DNA of 64,000 bases from a virus (IMGVR_UViG_3300017989_000089:1-64000), one strand, 5' to 3'. Positions 29,929-39,647 are shown, counted from the stretch's first letter. Notes: generated by a model from the letters alone, not told the origin. Made by a program: numbers and translations.

Positions 29929-31490
29929 TATGCTGTCTCCCCTCCCTCAGGTGGGAATGCTTGTTGTTCCTCCCCCGGCTTTTTCTTCGGCTGATCAGAG
30001 AAAGCGTCCTCCGCCGGTCCCGGACGGGCACCGACATTTGGCTGATCATGTGGATCATCATCGTCTGAAGGATCCATCACGTCACCAATCGCTGGTAATG
30101 TCTCTCTAGGATCGATTCGTATTGGAAATGATGCAATCTCCCTCATGTGTCTCTCGAGGTTCTGGTCGGGAGTCAATACATTGTTCCCAACGAGCTTGTT
30201 CACATATTCTGCGAGTGACTTGAGATCTGGAGTATCGATCGGACCGAATCTAATGTACGGCGTCTTCTCTGTACGCATCCCATTCATTCGGAGCAGTCTA
30301 GGAATGGCGTGTCGATTGAATTCACCTTCGATAACATTTGCCACGGATCTAAGTGCCTTGCTGAACAAACTCACTTTCGCCGCAACGAGAGCAAACGAAC
30401 CAACACGTTCCTGCCCAATAAGAAGCATATCCGCAAGAGCTACAGTAGCGATGCGCTGTGCGTAACGGTTGATGATGATCGATGTGTCGAGAGATCTTTG
30501 GCCGGTCGCACTCAGAAGAGTCAATGTCCATCCGAATGGGAGCACGACACCTTGATGCATATCCTGTCGAATGTTCCTCACCAGTTCCTCTGCGCGGGTC
30601 AACAGGGTTTGAGCAACTGGATCTTTCGTGTTCCATAGGTTATATCCCTCAGGAGGCTGCAATACAGGCATACCATTGAGTTCACGCTCAACGGCGATGG
30701 CTTCGATCTCTTCGATCCTTTTCATGAAGAACCAAGGTCTGTATGCATTGCGTAGGATGGAGCGCCCTTCAGGATTCGACTTGTACGGACGGATCGTGAA
30801 GTGAAGAGCTTTCTCCCTTGGTACCAGGGTATTTATGAAATGCGGTGGCGGCAGTTGCTCAAGAGCAACTACATTCATGGTCTCGTCCATGTGCCACCGA
30901 TACGTAGTATCTTGGCCGCGGAGCGCCATCTTGCTCCAACCGATCAAACCATCGTTGTATTGAGAATCCTTATTCGGATCTCTGTGGTGACCCCTACGAT
31001 GCTTCAGCGTCACCTCCATGTACGAATAACCGAACGGCAGAAACGTGAGGATCTCAGAGAAGACATGGTTCCATGGGTGGATCATGTCGTTGATAGAGGT
31101 TTCAACCAGCATGCGCGCCTTCTCGCCCTGCGGAGAGGTATCATCGGTTAGCACATTCAAGGTCGCGTTACCAATAAGGTGCTCCATAACGTAGAGCATC
31201 GCGCCGACAGTCGGATCATTGTCACGCATCTCTTGATAGACACGCGCAGCAAGATGCCCGCGGAGTTCAGGAAGGAATTCCTCCTCGAGAAACCCTGAAT
31301 AGATTCTAAGACCAGGAGCACCAACATCCCTGAAATGAGCAGCACGAGGTATTCGCTTGGCGACCTGGCTCATATCGTAGCCAGTACCGAGGTCGCGCAT
31401 GAACTCGGATTGCTTTTCTAGGTAGGTCTCGTAGTCTTTAGGATCCAGGTATTCCCTGGCCGACTTCAAAATAGGAGTAGTGCTTGGCAT
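29928..31490 (-). CDS. portal protein
   Basis: 520 aa, downstream of the large terminase gene. Acidic C-terminus. Confidence 0.65.
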   Translation of the reverse strand: MPSTTPILKSAREYLDPKDYETYLEKQSEFMRDLGTGYDMSQVAKRIPRAAHFRDVGAPGLRIYSGFLEEEFLPELRGHLAARVYQEMRDNDPTVGAMLYVMEHLIGNATLNVLTDDTSPQGEKARMLVETSINDMIHPWNHVFSEILTFLPFGYSYMEVTLKHRRGHHRDPNKDSQYNDGLIGWSKMALRGQDTTYRWHMDETMNVVALEQLPPPHFINTLVPREKALHFTIRPYKSNPEGRSILRNAYRPWFFMKRIEEIEAIAVERELNGMPVLQPPEGYNLWNTKDPVAQTLLTRAEELVRNIRQDMHQGVVLPFGWTLTLLSATGQRSLDTSIIINRYAQRIATVALADMLLIGQERVGSFALVAAKVSLFSKALRSVANVIEGEFNRHAIPRLLRMNGMRTEKTPYIRFGPIDTPDLKSLAEYVNKLVGNNVLTPDQNLERHMREIASFPIRIDPRETLPAIGDVMDPSDDDDPHDQPNVGARPGPAEDAFSDQPKKKPGEEQQAFPPEGGETA

Positions 31491-31586
31491 GTGGTGTTCT
31501 CCCCACGGTAGAATGTAGGAAAACTACCACGTTTGTCAAGATGCTATTTCCAGAAATACGCAAAAAATATGGAGTTAACCCCTATG

Positions 31587-31994
31587 CTACTGATTCTGCT
31601 GATTATAGGTATTTCTGAGGACGCCTTTCGGGGTGTAGACAATCTCTAACTTCCCAGCCATCAATGCTTTATACATGGTGTCAACGGTGCCAGTGGATTC
31701 TTTATTTACGGACCAGAAGGCGTAAATCTTGTCCGAATCCTCGACGATCTTCGTGTTTCGATCATTCGCAGCCTTGACAAATGGCTTGACATTTGGATCG
31801 GGTAGGTGCTCTTTGTACTCTATTTTCAAGCGTTTAGCGGTGTCGACTGCAGTCTTGTCAACACCACGGGCTCCACCAGAGACAATGACAATCCCATCGC
31901 CGTAGGCCTCATGCAGAGCTTCTACGAGACTCGAGACTCGGGAGAGGTCACCGAAATTTCTGGACCCAACGATTCCTATACGAAGTTTTCCCAT
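31587..31994 (-). CDS. DUF2493 / SLOG-family (DprA/Smf-like Rossmann) protein
   Basis: 135 aa. IGIVGSRNFGD...IVIVSGGARGVDKTA...KIYAFW matches the DUF2493 motifs. Confidence 0.55.
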   Translation of the reverse strand: MGKLRIGIVGSRNFGDLSRVSSLVEALHEAYGDGIVIVSGGARGVDKTAVDTAKRLKIEYKEHLPDPNVKPFVKAANDRNTKIVEDSDKIYAFWSVNKESTGTVDTMYKALMAGKLEIVYTPKGVLRNTYNQQNQ

Positions 31995-32266
31995 GGTATC
32001 CCTTTCGAGGAGAGCTTGTGAGAGAGAGGCTTGAACTGCCCATGATCAAGGTAGGCCGGTTTCTCAAAGCCATCTCGACACTTCCACCAGCACGACACAC
32101 CGGCTTTCTCCTGGCGGTGAATGATTATCTGATGGCAACAAGGATAGCACTGTCCGCAACGTGAGCAAATGTAGTACTCATTATGCCCACTATGGGTGCA
32201 AACGTTCCCATTTTGGGAACGGTTTACTTTGCTCCCCTTACGTCTCTTTTCCTTCTTCGCAGCCAT
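31976..32266 (-). CDS. Cys-rich small protein
   Basis: 96 aa with more than 8 cysteines (CSRCGQCYPCC). Confidence 0.3.
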   Translation of the reverse strand: MAAKKEKRRKGSKVNRSQNGNVCTHSGHNEYYICSRCGQCYPCCHQIIIHRQEKAGVSCWWKCRDGFEKPAYLDHGQFKPLSHKLSSKGIPWENFV

Positions 32267-32600
32267 GCCAGCTGTTGTGGACCTTTCCGCAGACCTTGTG
32301 AAGCGTCCGCCAATCTAGGATCTTACCACAGTTCCGGCATTTGTAAACCTGATGTTCGTATTCGTAATTCGGGCGCATTACGGAGAGCCAACCATAGCTT
32401 TCGCTAGGAACCCACGCAGGCTCGTGGGAAATTCCCACTTTCCCTTTACACCATTTCCGTGTTTTCTTCTTGGAACGGTGACGTGGGGGGAGTTCAGATT
32501 GGGGAAGCTCCTTCACTTTCTTCTCTCCGGTAAGTTTGTGAGGCTTACACATAAGGCAACCGGCGCGGCGGGCTTTCGGTCTTTTCCTCTTGTGTTTCAT
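32238..32600 (-). CDS. basic Cys-rich small protein
   Basis: 120 aa. K/R-rich N-terminus; CxxC motif (CRNCGK). Confidence 0.3.
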   Translation of the reverse strand: MKHKRKRPKARRAGCLMCKPHKLTGEKKVKELPQSELPPRHRSKKKTRKWCKGKVGISHEPAWVPSESYGWLSVMRPNYEYEHQVYKCRNCGKILDWRTLHKVCGKVHNSWHGCEEGKET

Positions 32601-32611
32601 ACAAACCTGTT

Positions 32612-34321
32612 CTACCTACGGCGGACCCCCCAACTACCCATGACATCTTTTCGGGTAGTATAGCTATCTTCAGGAGACCATCCAGTCTCGTGTTGGAATC
32701 TATTCTCGAAGCCGACACCAGTCGGGAAAGCATCAGGATCTATTTGGAATGCAGCATAGCGTATCAGTGCATGCGTCATGGAGTCAACTATATCATCTCT
32801 AGATGCTTTCGGGAATCTACAAGCTTCATCCAAAACAAGTTCGACCCAAGAATACATCTCTGGATCAGGAAGACGTACATTACCAGCTTCGATCAACCAG
32901 AGAACAGAGCCATAGCGAGCAGTCTTCGGTTCGTTCCCTGTGTCGACCGCGATGATACCAGCGACTTTCTTGCGCATCGTCGCCATAATTGCGGTACCAT
33001 TGGCGCGATCCTCTACGAGCTTCTCTTGCGCCTTCGGGAAATCTTGGTGGACCTTGATGAAAGCCTTGAGCGTGTCGTTGAAACCAATTTGCGCACGGAA
33101 CATATGAATGAGATAGAGATACAAACCAATCTGTGCCCACACTGTGCCGACGACATAAGAGGTATCGGTACTGGCTTCTTCCTCATCCTTGAAGCTCATA
33201 TCCCATGACGTGAAGATCTTGTATGCTCTCTCATAGATCTCCATCGGATCGTCTTTGTAGAATGCATCCTCGAACCACTTTCTCTTCGCCATACCACCCT
33301 CAAGGGGTACGGGATCTTGTTGGAACTGTCCTGCGTAGGACCAGGAATCCATCTTGCGATTGAGCTTGGGGTTCTTGCCGGATACGTTCGCGCCTTTCTG
33401 TTTATCGACCCACTCTTGATCGAAACGCTTTGGATTGAGAAGCTCTCCATCCTTCTCACGAGGATCAGTCAAACCGAGATCCGGGACGATGCATCGACTC
33501 TTCTTCACGAACTCCATTGGAAGACAAAGATGCGTCCATCCTCCTTGTTCAAGCACATGTCCAGATAGATCACGATCATGAACACGCTGCATAATGATCA
33601 TCCGGCGAAGATTCCTAGGATCACCCTCGGCACGGGTCGACATTACTTGATCCCACCAAATGAGTACGCCCTCCCTTTTGATCTCCGAGTGGGCTTCACG
33701 AACGTTGTGTGGGTCGTCCACTACGATGATGTCACCACCACGACCGGTCGCCATACCACCAACGGATGTCGTGAGGCGGTATCCCATCTTGTCGTTTTCG
33801 ATTTCCTTGATAGCCTCAGAGGTGATCGTGTACATGTGCCCAAAGTGTCTTCTGTACCACCTAGACTGCATCACCTTCTTTGCATACCCGGAGTGCTTGA
33901 GCGAAAGGGTTGCGGAATAAGAAGAGTAGATCCATCTGAGGTGTGGCCACTTCGTCCAGACCCACGGTTGGAACATGACTGTTGATACCATGGACTTGGT
34001 ATGCCGCGGAGGAACGTTGATCAATAGGTCTTTGATCTGGCCTACAGCGAGAGCTTCCAAAGCCTCGCAGATATAGCCTATATGCCAGTTGCTGACGAAC
34101 GGATTCTCCGGCTCTATGACATGCCAAGCATTCTCGATAAACGTAATGAGATGGCGAGAAGACTTTTCCGCACGTATGGAGTCCAGATCTAGGATACGAT
34201 CAAAGGCCTCAACTTTTGTATCGGTGATTTCCCGCTTTCTGCGGGCTCTGGGTTTCTTTGGAAGAGGTCCTAGCTCTTTTATCTCTTCGAGGGTCGGATC
34301 GTCATTCAATGATCTCTGCAT
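32612..34321 (-). CDS. terL: terminase large subunit
   Basis: 569 aa. The segment IIVVDDPHNVREAHSEIKRE..W and a nuclease-domain-like C-terminus fit the Terminase_6 family. Confidence 0.8.
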   Translation of the reverse strand: MQRSLNDDPTLEEIKELGPLPKKPRARRKREITDTKVEAFDRILDLDSIRAEKSSRHLITFIENAWHVIEPENPFVSNWHIGYICEALEALAVGQIKDLLINVPPRHTKSMVSTVMFQPWVWTKWPHLRWIYSSYSATLSLKHSGYAKKVMQSRWYRRHFGHMYTITSEAIKEIENDKMGYRLTTSVGGMATGRGGDIIVVDDPHNVREAHSEIKREGVLIWWDQVMSTRAEGDPRNLRRMIIMQRVHDRDLSGHVLEQGGWTHLCLPMEFVKKSRCIVPDLGLTDPREKDGELLNPKRFDQEWVDKQKGANVSGKNPKLNRKMDSWSYAGQFQQDPVPLEGGMAKRKWFEDAFYKDDPMEIYERAYKIFTSWDMSFKDEEEASTDTSYVVGTVWAQIGLYLYLIHMFRAQIGFNDTLKAFIKVHQDFPKAQEKLVEDRANGTAIMATMRKKVAGIIAVDTGNEPKTARYGSVLWLIEAGNVRLPDPEMYSWVELVLDEACRFPKASRDDIVDSMTHALIRYAAFQIDPDAFPTGVGFENRFQHETGWSPEDSYTTRKDVMGSWGVRRR

Positions 34322-35063
34322 CGATAGCCTCTTCTTTCAGCCGCTCTCTTTGGGCTTTCAAGGCGAGGCTCTCTGCTTGATCCAATTCCTCATCAGTGAA
34401 TCCAGAGTAGTCTACCCTTTTGGCTGTGTGCTCGTGTTCTACTTTCCCGGTGACTTTATGTGTCGTCTGCTTTCCATAATCTTCCGGGAAGAGCTTCTCT
34501 AGAAGTTGGATTGCCACCCTTCCATCTTCTCGGGCATGCCGCCAACAGATAGCGACGAGCCCCATCTTTCCACCAGCACGTGCCTGTCTACACAATTCGG
34601 AGAATTCATATAGCTCGAGATCGATACCTTCGGAGTCTGGCCCAGCCATCTGACCGCGGGCCCACCAATCCAGTAGGGTCTTCTTCGTGATTCCGCCGTG
34701 GTCTGCTGCGGTCTCAGGAGTGTGTCCCATTTTGAGCGCGACGAGGATCTTACGCTTGGCTTGGTGAGTAAACTTCCGCGGACGTCTCGCGATATCCTTG
34801 TTCTCCGGCGGGATTGGAGCGAGATCAAAACGAGGAGGTAGTGTAACATCGTCGGGTGACACCGGCCTGCCTTCTACCAGATATCCGTCACCCCGCATTC
34901 CTTGCACTTCCGAAACAGGCGCATCCGCATTCCGGTGCCCATTATCCTTGTCTCCCATCTGTGGAGGTGGATACGGCAAAGGAATCTTCTCCACCGCTTC
35001 CGGAGCTTCCCGGTCCTGCGCATCGCTTACCTCACTCGACTTCGCATTCGTCACAGCGATCAC
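34302..35063 (-). CDS. terS: terminase small subunit
   Basis: 253 aa with an HTH (KILVALKMGHTPETAADHGGITKKTLLDWW), immediately upstream of and overlapping terL. Confidence 0.5.
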   Translation of the reverse strand: MIAVTNAKSSEVSDAQDREAPEAVEKIPLPYPPPQMGDKDNGHRNADAPVSEVQGMRGDGYLVEGRPVSPDDVTLPPRFDLAPIPPENKDIARRPRKFTHQAKRKILVALKMGHTPETAADHGGITKKTLLDWWARGQMAGPDSEGIDLELYEFSELCRQARAGGKMGLVAICWRHAREDGRVAIQLLEKLFPEDYGKQTTHKVTGKVEHEHTAKRVDYSGFTDEELDQAESLALKAQRERLKEEAIDAEIIE

Positions 35064-35241
35064 ACTCCAATACTAATAGGGCTCCAGGCTTCATCTCACC
35101 TGTCAGTGGATCACGCCTGAAGGTCTCTTGATATTCACAGTGTATCACACCTCCACAGCTGCAATACCCGAACTGCTCTTCACAACCAGGGCATTCCAAA
35201 TCCCCAGGCTCGTGATTCTTCACGAGATTTCCGAAAGACAT
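35032..35241 (-). CDS. Cys-rich mini-protein
   Basis: 69 aa with 10 cysteines (CPGCEE...CSCGG...CDRCDEC). Confidence 0.3.
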   Translation of the reverse strand: MSFGNLVKNHEPGDLECPGCEEQFGYCSCGGVIHCEYQETFRRDPLTGEMKPGALLVLECDRCDECEVE

Positions 35242-35359
35242 GTCGCACTATCGCTTTCTTCCGCGAACACGCTTACGCCTGCGTCTACCGGCCTGGGGAC
35301 GCTGTCTGCGTGTCTCACCCTGCTTTTGTATTCTCTGGCGTTGGGTTGCCATGATACCT

Positions 35360-35683
35360 CTACTCGTTCAGTGCCAGATCATCTGCAGCATCAGGGCAGT
35401 GATCCAACCAGAACTCTGCATATTGTTCCTTGCGTAATTGTTCAATCTCATTCTCCGTGGACTTTATCCAATAGCATGGATGAAAATTCTGAGGCTCCTT
35501 CATACCCTCACGGAGAACCGTCAAGATTCCATTCTCGAACTTGACGACCTTTCCAAATGTGTAGGCATAATTAACACCAAGACCCGCTTCCCACCCCCAT
35601 ACGGTTAATTCAACCAAGTCGCCGGGCTTGAAGTCTGCGTATCTGCAGAAGCCCAACGCTATATGAGTACAAGCGTCTGCCAT
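35360..35683 (-). CDS. hypothetical protein
   Basis: 107-aa ORF. Confidence 0.35.
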   Translation of the reverse strand: MADACTHIALGFCRYADFKPGDLVELTVWGWEAGLGVNYAYTFGKVVKFENGILTVLREGMKEPQNFHPCYWIKSTENEIEQLRKEQYAEFWLDHCPDAADDLALNE

Positions 35684-35952
35684 GGGCCTGCCTCCGATGC
35701 TGGTATACCATAAATCATGTCCTTGGATCTACCTTGGAATCCCCGAGACGGAGGAAAACAGGCTTCGGGAGTTGCTTTATTGAGAAAATGGACATGTCAC
35801 AGAGTGTACCATCATCGTGAAAATACACATGTCCTATCACGATACGGCGTTCGGAACGCGAGTATGGTACGACATCAGTTGGTGGGCAATCAGCCCAACG
35901 TGCCTTACCACTCACGACAGGCTTGCCACAGTTAGGACATGTCGGTAGAACA

Positions 35953-37467
35953 CTATTTCTCTGGCGTTGTGGCACGCTTCGTCTCTCTTCCTCTCCGACG
36001 CTTGCGGAGTTCAAGGAGATGAGGATCCGTCTCCTTCACTCTAGCTTCCTTTTTACGAACTTCGGAAGACGTCCTCAATACAGTAGTAGGTACGGGAAGG
36101 TTGAAGCTATCGATCATTTCCCTCCCGTTCTTACCGGCATAGATTAGAAGGTGTCCCGGCTTGAGAATATCCAGGGCATCAAGCAGATTACGCTCAATAA
36201 TTGGCACCCTCTCCTGATCAAACTCCGTTTGGAACTGTGTTGCAACGATAGGAGGATTGAAAGGAATACCCATCAAGCAATATTGTTGTGACTTTTCCTG
36301 GAAGAACTCAAGTCTCGGGATCACCTTCAGCCCAGCCTCTTGGAAGTAACGCCCAAGCCAGGCAGAGCGATAAAGTGACCAGATATGTGCGGCGGTCGGA
36401 GCGAAATCCCACAAGGAGAAATCAGGGACGACGATCGTCTTCACACCAGCGACTAGAATCTGACCGACACGATACGCTGGAGTCGCCCACCAGGTCTCGA
36501 TGTGGGCGTCATGCGTGAAGAAAGAAAAGATCGTACGATCGAACGGCAATCCACGGTGTGGGCATGCACCATAGTTGTAGTAGTAGAAGCTCTTTCCATC
36601 GTCTGGAGTGGATAGGCGATCGCCCCAGATCTTGATATCGTCTGGAAGTGTCTCGGCGAGCATGTCAGGACGGAGGTTAGGAATCCCGATCGAATTGGCA
36701 CCGGGGAACGTGATCCATCCACCACCTTGTTTCTTGTTGACTCCAGCAATGCACTGATCTGCGAAGTCATCATCCTCTGGAAGCCAGTACTCCTCTTCAG
36801 AAAGTTTGAAGACACCTTCAAGCTCAAAAGGGAGTTGATCATAGATCTGCTGATCGTCGAGCTTCTTTTCGTGGGGTTCTTTCTCCTCTTCCTGCTCTTC
36901 TTGTGAGTCGGTGGGTTCCCGTTCGTTTTGTTCCGATGGCTGTTGTTCACCGATTTCGTTGATCTCTGGCACTTCGAACTCTTCTTCGTCGTGATGCTCA
37001 ATTTCACGCTCCACTTCGTTTGCTATTTCCGCAATGTCGGCCTCGAGTACAGCTTCAGCGGCGATAATATCATGATCGAACTCCTCAACCATGCGCTGAA
37101 GCTCAGCCTCGTCGAACCCTCCCTCGACTGTCAATAGATTGGCTGTAGCTCCGTACTCCTCTGCATCTTCCTCGGACTCGAAGGTCACGCCGCGGATGAC
37201 CGGAATACACCATGCACCATTCTGATCCAGTTTTATACGCTTTGGGGGCGGCTTACCGGAGTCGCGCTCTTCCTCAAGTTTCTCGAGCCTTCCATGACCG
37301 GCTACGAGCTTACCAGAGCCCTCATCTATCAATACAGGATCCACGAAGCCGAATCTGGCGAAGGAGTCCTTGATTTTCTCGGAATGGAGTTTGGGATTGC
37401 GCTCCATCTTGATTAGATCTTGTAGACGGTGGTACTCTATCCACATGTCTTTTTCTTCTGACATCAT
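35953..37467 (-). CDS. ParB-like nuclease domain protein with DUF4417-like C-terminal domain
   Basis: N-terminus (ERNPKLHSEKIKDSFARFGFVDPVLID...GHGR) is ParB/Srx-like, followed by an acidic linker and a large C-terminal domain. Start chosen at ATGATG (37462-37467), which sits behind GGAGGT. Confidence 0.45.
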   Translation of the reverse strand: MMSEEKDMWIEYHRLQDLIKMERNPKLHSEKIKDSFARFGFVDPVLIDEGSGKLVAGHGRLEKLEEERDSGKPPPKRIKLDQNGAWCIPVIRGVTFESEEDAEEYGATANLLTVEGGFDEAELQRMVEEFDHDIIAAEAVLEADIAEIANEVEREIEHHDEEEFEVPEINEIGEQQPSEQNEREPTDSQEEQEEEKEPHEKKLDDQQIYDQLPFELEGVFKLSEEEYWLPEDDDFADQCIAGVNKKQGGGWITFPGANSIGIPNLRPDMLAETLPDDIKIWGDRLSTPDDGKSFYYYNYGACPHRGLPFDRTIFSFFTHDAHIETWWATPAYRVGQILVAGVKTIVVPDFSLWDFAPTAAHIWSLYRSAWLGRYFQEAGLKVIPRLEFFQEKSQQYCLMGIPFNPPIVATQFQTEFDQERVPIIERNLLDALDILKPGHLLIYAGKNGREMIDSFNLPVPTTVLRTSSEVRKKEARVKETDPHLLELRKRRRGRETKRATTPEK

Positions 37468-37481
37468 TACCTCCAGGCCGC

Positions 37482-37511
37482 AATATACCATGTCTCATTC
37501 TCCCTCTACAA
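37482..37511 (-). promoter_or_regulatory. candidate sigma70-like promoter for the leftward structural operon
   Basis: On the minus strand, TTGTAG, 18 nt, TATATT lies just upstream of the ParB-like gene RBS. Confidence 0.3.
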
Positions 37512-37526
37512 TATATAAAAGGGAGA

Positions 37527-37555
37527 TTGCGACAAGCGGGGAAACGTGCTAATGT
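37527..37555 (+). promoter_or_regulatory. candidate sigma70-like promoter for the rightward tRNA/RNA-repair region
   Basis: TTGCGA, 17 nt, TAATGT lies about 20 nt upstream of RBS TAGGAGGA and the ATG at 37578. Confidence 0.35.
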
Positions 37556-37577
37556 ATTCTTTCGTTAGGAGGACTGA

Positions 37578-38444
37578 ATGGATAAGAAAATTCCTGACAA
37601 TCCTGGCATCACCCACGTTCTCTACCACGGAAATTGCTACGATGGGTTTACTGCGGCATGGATCGCACGTAACGCTGGTGTGCCAGAAGAAAACATCCGC
37701 CCTGTGAACTATGGAGGGGAGTGTCCACCATTACCGGATCCACCAGGGTCCAAAGTTTTGATGACTGACTTCTCCCTGCCCAGAGAGGGTCTCCAGATGA
37801 TGGAGAAGGCGGTGGAAACTCTGATCGTTCTCGATCATCACAAGACTGCTGAAGCTCAGCTGCATGGACTGCCTTGGGCATACTTCGACATGAACGAATC
37901 GGGTGCGAGCTTGACATGGGACTTCTTCCATCCAGGCGAGCCACGACCGAAATTTGTCAAGTACATCCGTGAACACGATCTATGGAGGTTTGAACTGGCA
38001 CAGTCTGCACAGGTGAGAGCGTTCATTCGATCCTACCCTATGTCCTATGAAAACTGGGATTACCTCAATACGACGATTGAAATGGATTTTGAGATCGTGG
38101 AGCGTGAAGGTGCAGCAATCCAGCGTGGACATGAGGCGTTGATCAGCGAGATGTGCAAACAGGCTGTTATCATGAAAATCGGTGGGCATGAAGTACCGGT
38201 TGTCAATGCGACAATCCTGTTTTCCGAAGTAGCAACACGCCTTCTGAAGCTGTATCCAAATGCTTCATTCGCCGCATACTACATGGATCGCGCTGACGGC
38301 GTTCGTCAATGGGGAATGAGATCACGGAGTGATTTCGACTGCTCAAAGGTCGCGAAACGTTACGGTGGTGGGGGCCACCCTGGAGCATCCGGCTTCGTCA
38401 CAGAAGTCCCAACAATAATCGAAGAAGAGAAAGAAAAGGCTTGA
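37578..38444 (+). CDS. DHH/DHHA1-family phosphoesterase (NrnA-like)
   Basis: 288 aa. Motifs are HGNCYDGFTAAW (DxD), VLDHHKT (DHH) and a C-terminal GGGHPGASGF (DHHA1 GGGH). Confidence 0.65.
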   Translation: MDKKIPDNPGITHVLYHGNCYDGFTAAWIARNAGVPEENIRPVNYGGECPPLPDPPGSKVLMTDFSLPREGLQMMEKAVETLIVLDHHKTAEAQLHGLPWAYFDMNESGASLTWDFFHPGEPRPKFVKYIREHDLWRFELAQSAQVRAFIRSYPMSYENWDYLNTTIEMDFEIVEREGAAIQRGHEALISEMCKQAVIMKIGGHEVPVVNATILFSEVATRLLKLYPNASFAAYYMDRADGVRQWGMRSRSDFDCSKVAKRYGGGGHPGASGFVTEVPTIIEEEKEKA

Positions 38445-38478
38445 CAGCTTAGCTACTGGATCCTACAATTATTCACGT

Positions 38479-38555
38479 AGCGGAGTGGGGGAGAGGCCGT
38501 CCCCGCTGGGCTCATATCCCGGAGATCGCTGGTTCGAATCCAGTCTCCGCCACCA
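38479..38555 (+). tRNA. tRNA-Met (CAT), initiator-like
   Basis: Hand-folded. D-stem gggg/cccc. Anticodon stem ctggg/cccgg has three G-C pairs next to loop ctCATat. T-loop ttcgaat. Position 1:72 is an A-C mismatch. Encoded CCA. Confidence 0.7.
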
Positions 38556-38666
38556 TATTCGAGGTTTGATCCCAGCCTTACCCAAATGGGAGCCGGGCAC
38601 GGTCGGAACCGGGGTACAAACGGGGCCGAGGAATTATCATGAGAGTCAGCGAAAGCATAATACGAC

Positions 38667-38742
38667 TGGGCACGGAGGTCTGGTCGATCCACTGACTCTT
38701 ATAAGGCCGGTGCGCTGGGTTCGATTCCCAGGTGCCCAACCA
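38667..38742 (+). tRNA. tRNA-like / possible pseudo-tRNA (canonical 3' half, aberrant D/anticodon region)
   Basis: Acceptor tgggcac/gtgccca, T-arm ctggg-ttcgatt-cccag and CCA are clean. The intervening 41 nt do not fold into D and anticodon arms. An 8-bp stem agagtcag/ctgactct overlaps the region. Confidence 0.35.
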
Positions 38743-38862
38743 AAAAGAAAGTTGGAAATTATGAGACCTAAAGGCATTGTAAGGACGACTCAGGTGGTCA
38801 TTAATGCCTCCGCGAAGGGGGATACCTCTACGTAGGGCTCGGTCCATACTTCCACAATTCAT

Positions 38863-38892
38863 AGGCCGGGTCCTACGGGGTCCGGCCTTTTT
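38863..38892 (+). terminator. rho-independent terminator
   Basis: GC stem aGGCCGG...CCGGCCt followed by TTTTT. Confidence 0.5.
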
Positions 38893-38968
38893 ACTTTAGG
38901 GGTAAATAAGGTTTGTCCATTAAATTAGTCTGTTCACGTTTCGTGGACACGCAGAAATAATGAACGTT

Positions 38969-39046
38969 CCGGCCCGAGGAAGCTGGTCGTAACCGCTACA
39001 CTGATAATGTAGGTCGAGCGTGGTTCGATTCCACGGGGCCGGACCA
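38969..39046 (+). tRNA. tRNA-Ile (GAT)
   Basis: Acceptor ccggccc/gggccgg. Anticodon stem ctaca/tgtag, loop ctGATaa. T-arm cgtgg-ttcgatt-ccacg. CCA. Confidence 0.7.
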
Positions 39047-39119
39047 ACTAAGAAGGAATAGGAGGTGTGTCAAGTCACTTTCAGCAGGACGTTAACCAAT
39101 TTCCTGCTGGAGGTGTATC

Positions 39120-39449
39120 ATGGCACAGAAAGTTTACTGTGGTGTGCCAGAGAAGGAATGCTTCGGTACTCACCACATTTCAAATGCGATGCTGAATCAC
39201 GCAGCGAGTGTCAAGCTTCACGCGACACACGAAGAAGCCTTCAAGTGTTATAAGCGGTGGTTGATGACGCAAGGGTACGAGCAAATCGGCCCACGTGAGT
39301 TCAGGAAAGAGGGCGAACCGATTCGTGTTCTAACGCGGAAGAGTAAGTTCGGGACAACGATGCGATCAGGAAAGGGAAAAGATGGCTCAAGTCCAGGAAG
39401 TACAAGATACGTTCCGCAAACGACGCGGGGGTTCATCCACAGGAGCTAA
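39120..39449 (+). CDS. hypothetical protein
   Basis: 109-aa ORF between tRNAs. Basic. Confidence 0.3.
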   Translation: MAQKVYCGVPEKECFGTHHISNAMLNHAASVKLHATHEEAFKCYKRWLMTQGYEQIGPREFRKEGEPIRVLTRKSKFGTTMRSGKGKDGSSPGSTRYVPQTTRGFIHRS

Positions 39450-39571
39450 GTTCGGTGCTTGGAGTTTCCGGGTAGTCCGCAGTGTAGGAAGCGGAGGATT
39501 TTGCTTGAGGGTATATGAGACTGCGGAGAGCACCGTCGATGAACAATTGGTTGATTTAATGTTGGAGGAGA

Positions 39572-39647
39572 TCAGGGGTAGCTTAGCGGCTAAAGCGTCC
39601 GGCTGTTAACCGGGTCATCGTGGGTTCGAGTCCCACCCTCTGAGCCA
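39572..39647 (+). tRNA. tRNA-Asn (GTT)
   Basis: D-stem gctt/aagc. Anticodon stem tccgg/ccggg, loop ctGTTaa. T-arm gtggg-ttcgagt-cccac. CCA. Confidence 0.75.

Noticed and set aside
35715-36014. 99-aa ORF overlapping the 3' end of the ParB-like gene by 62 nt.
   Set aside because: Alternative-frame overlap with a well-supported gene. No RBS evident. Could be real with a later start, but not supportable.
38453-38862. Minus- and plus-strand ORFs 38453-38692, 38578-38862 and 38485-38835, with peptides such as WESNPAHRP and FESSLRHHI.
   Set aside because: They lie exactly over tRNA genes. The peptides are the characteristic translations of T-arm and acceptor sequences. They were treated as artefacts of the tRNA loci.
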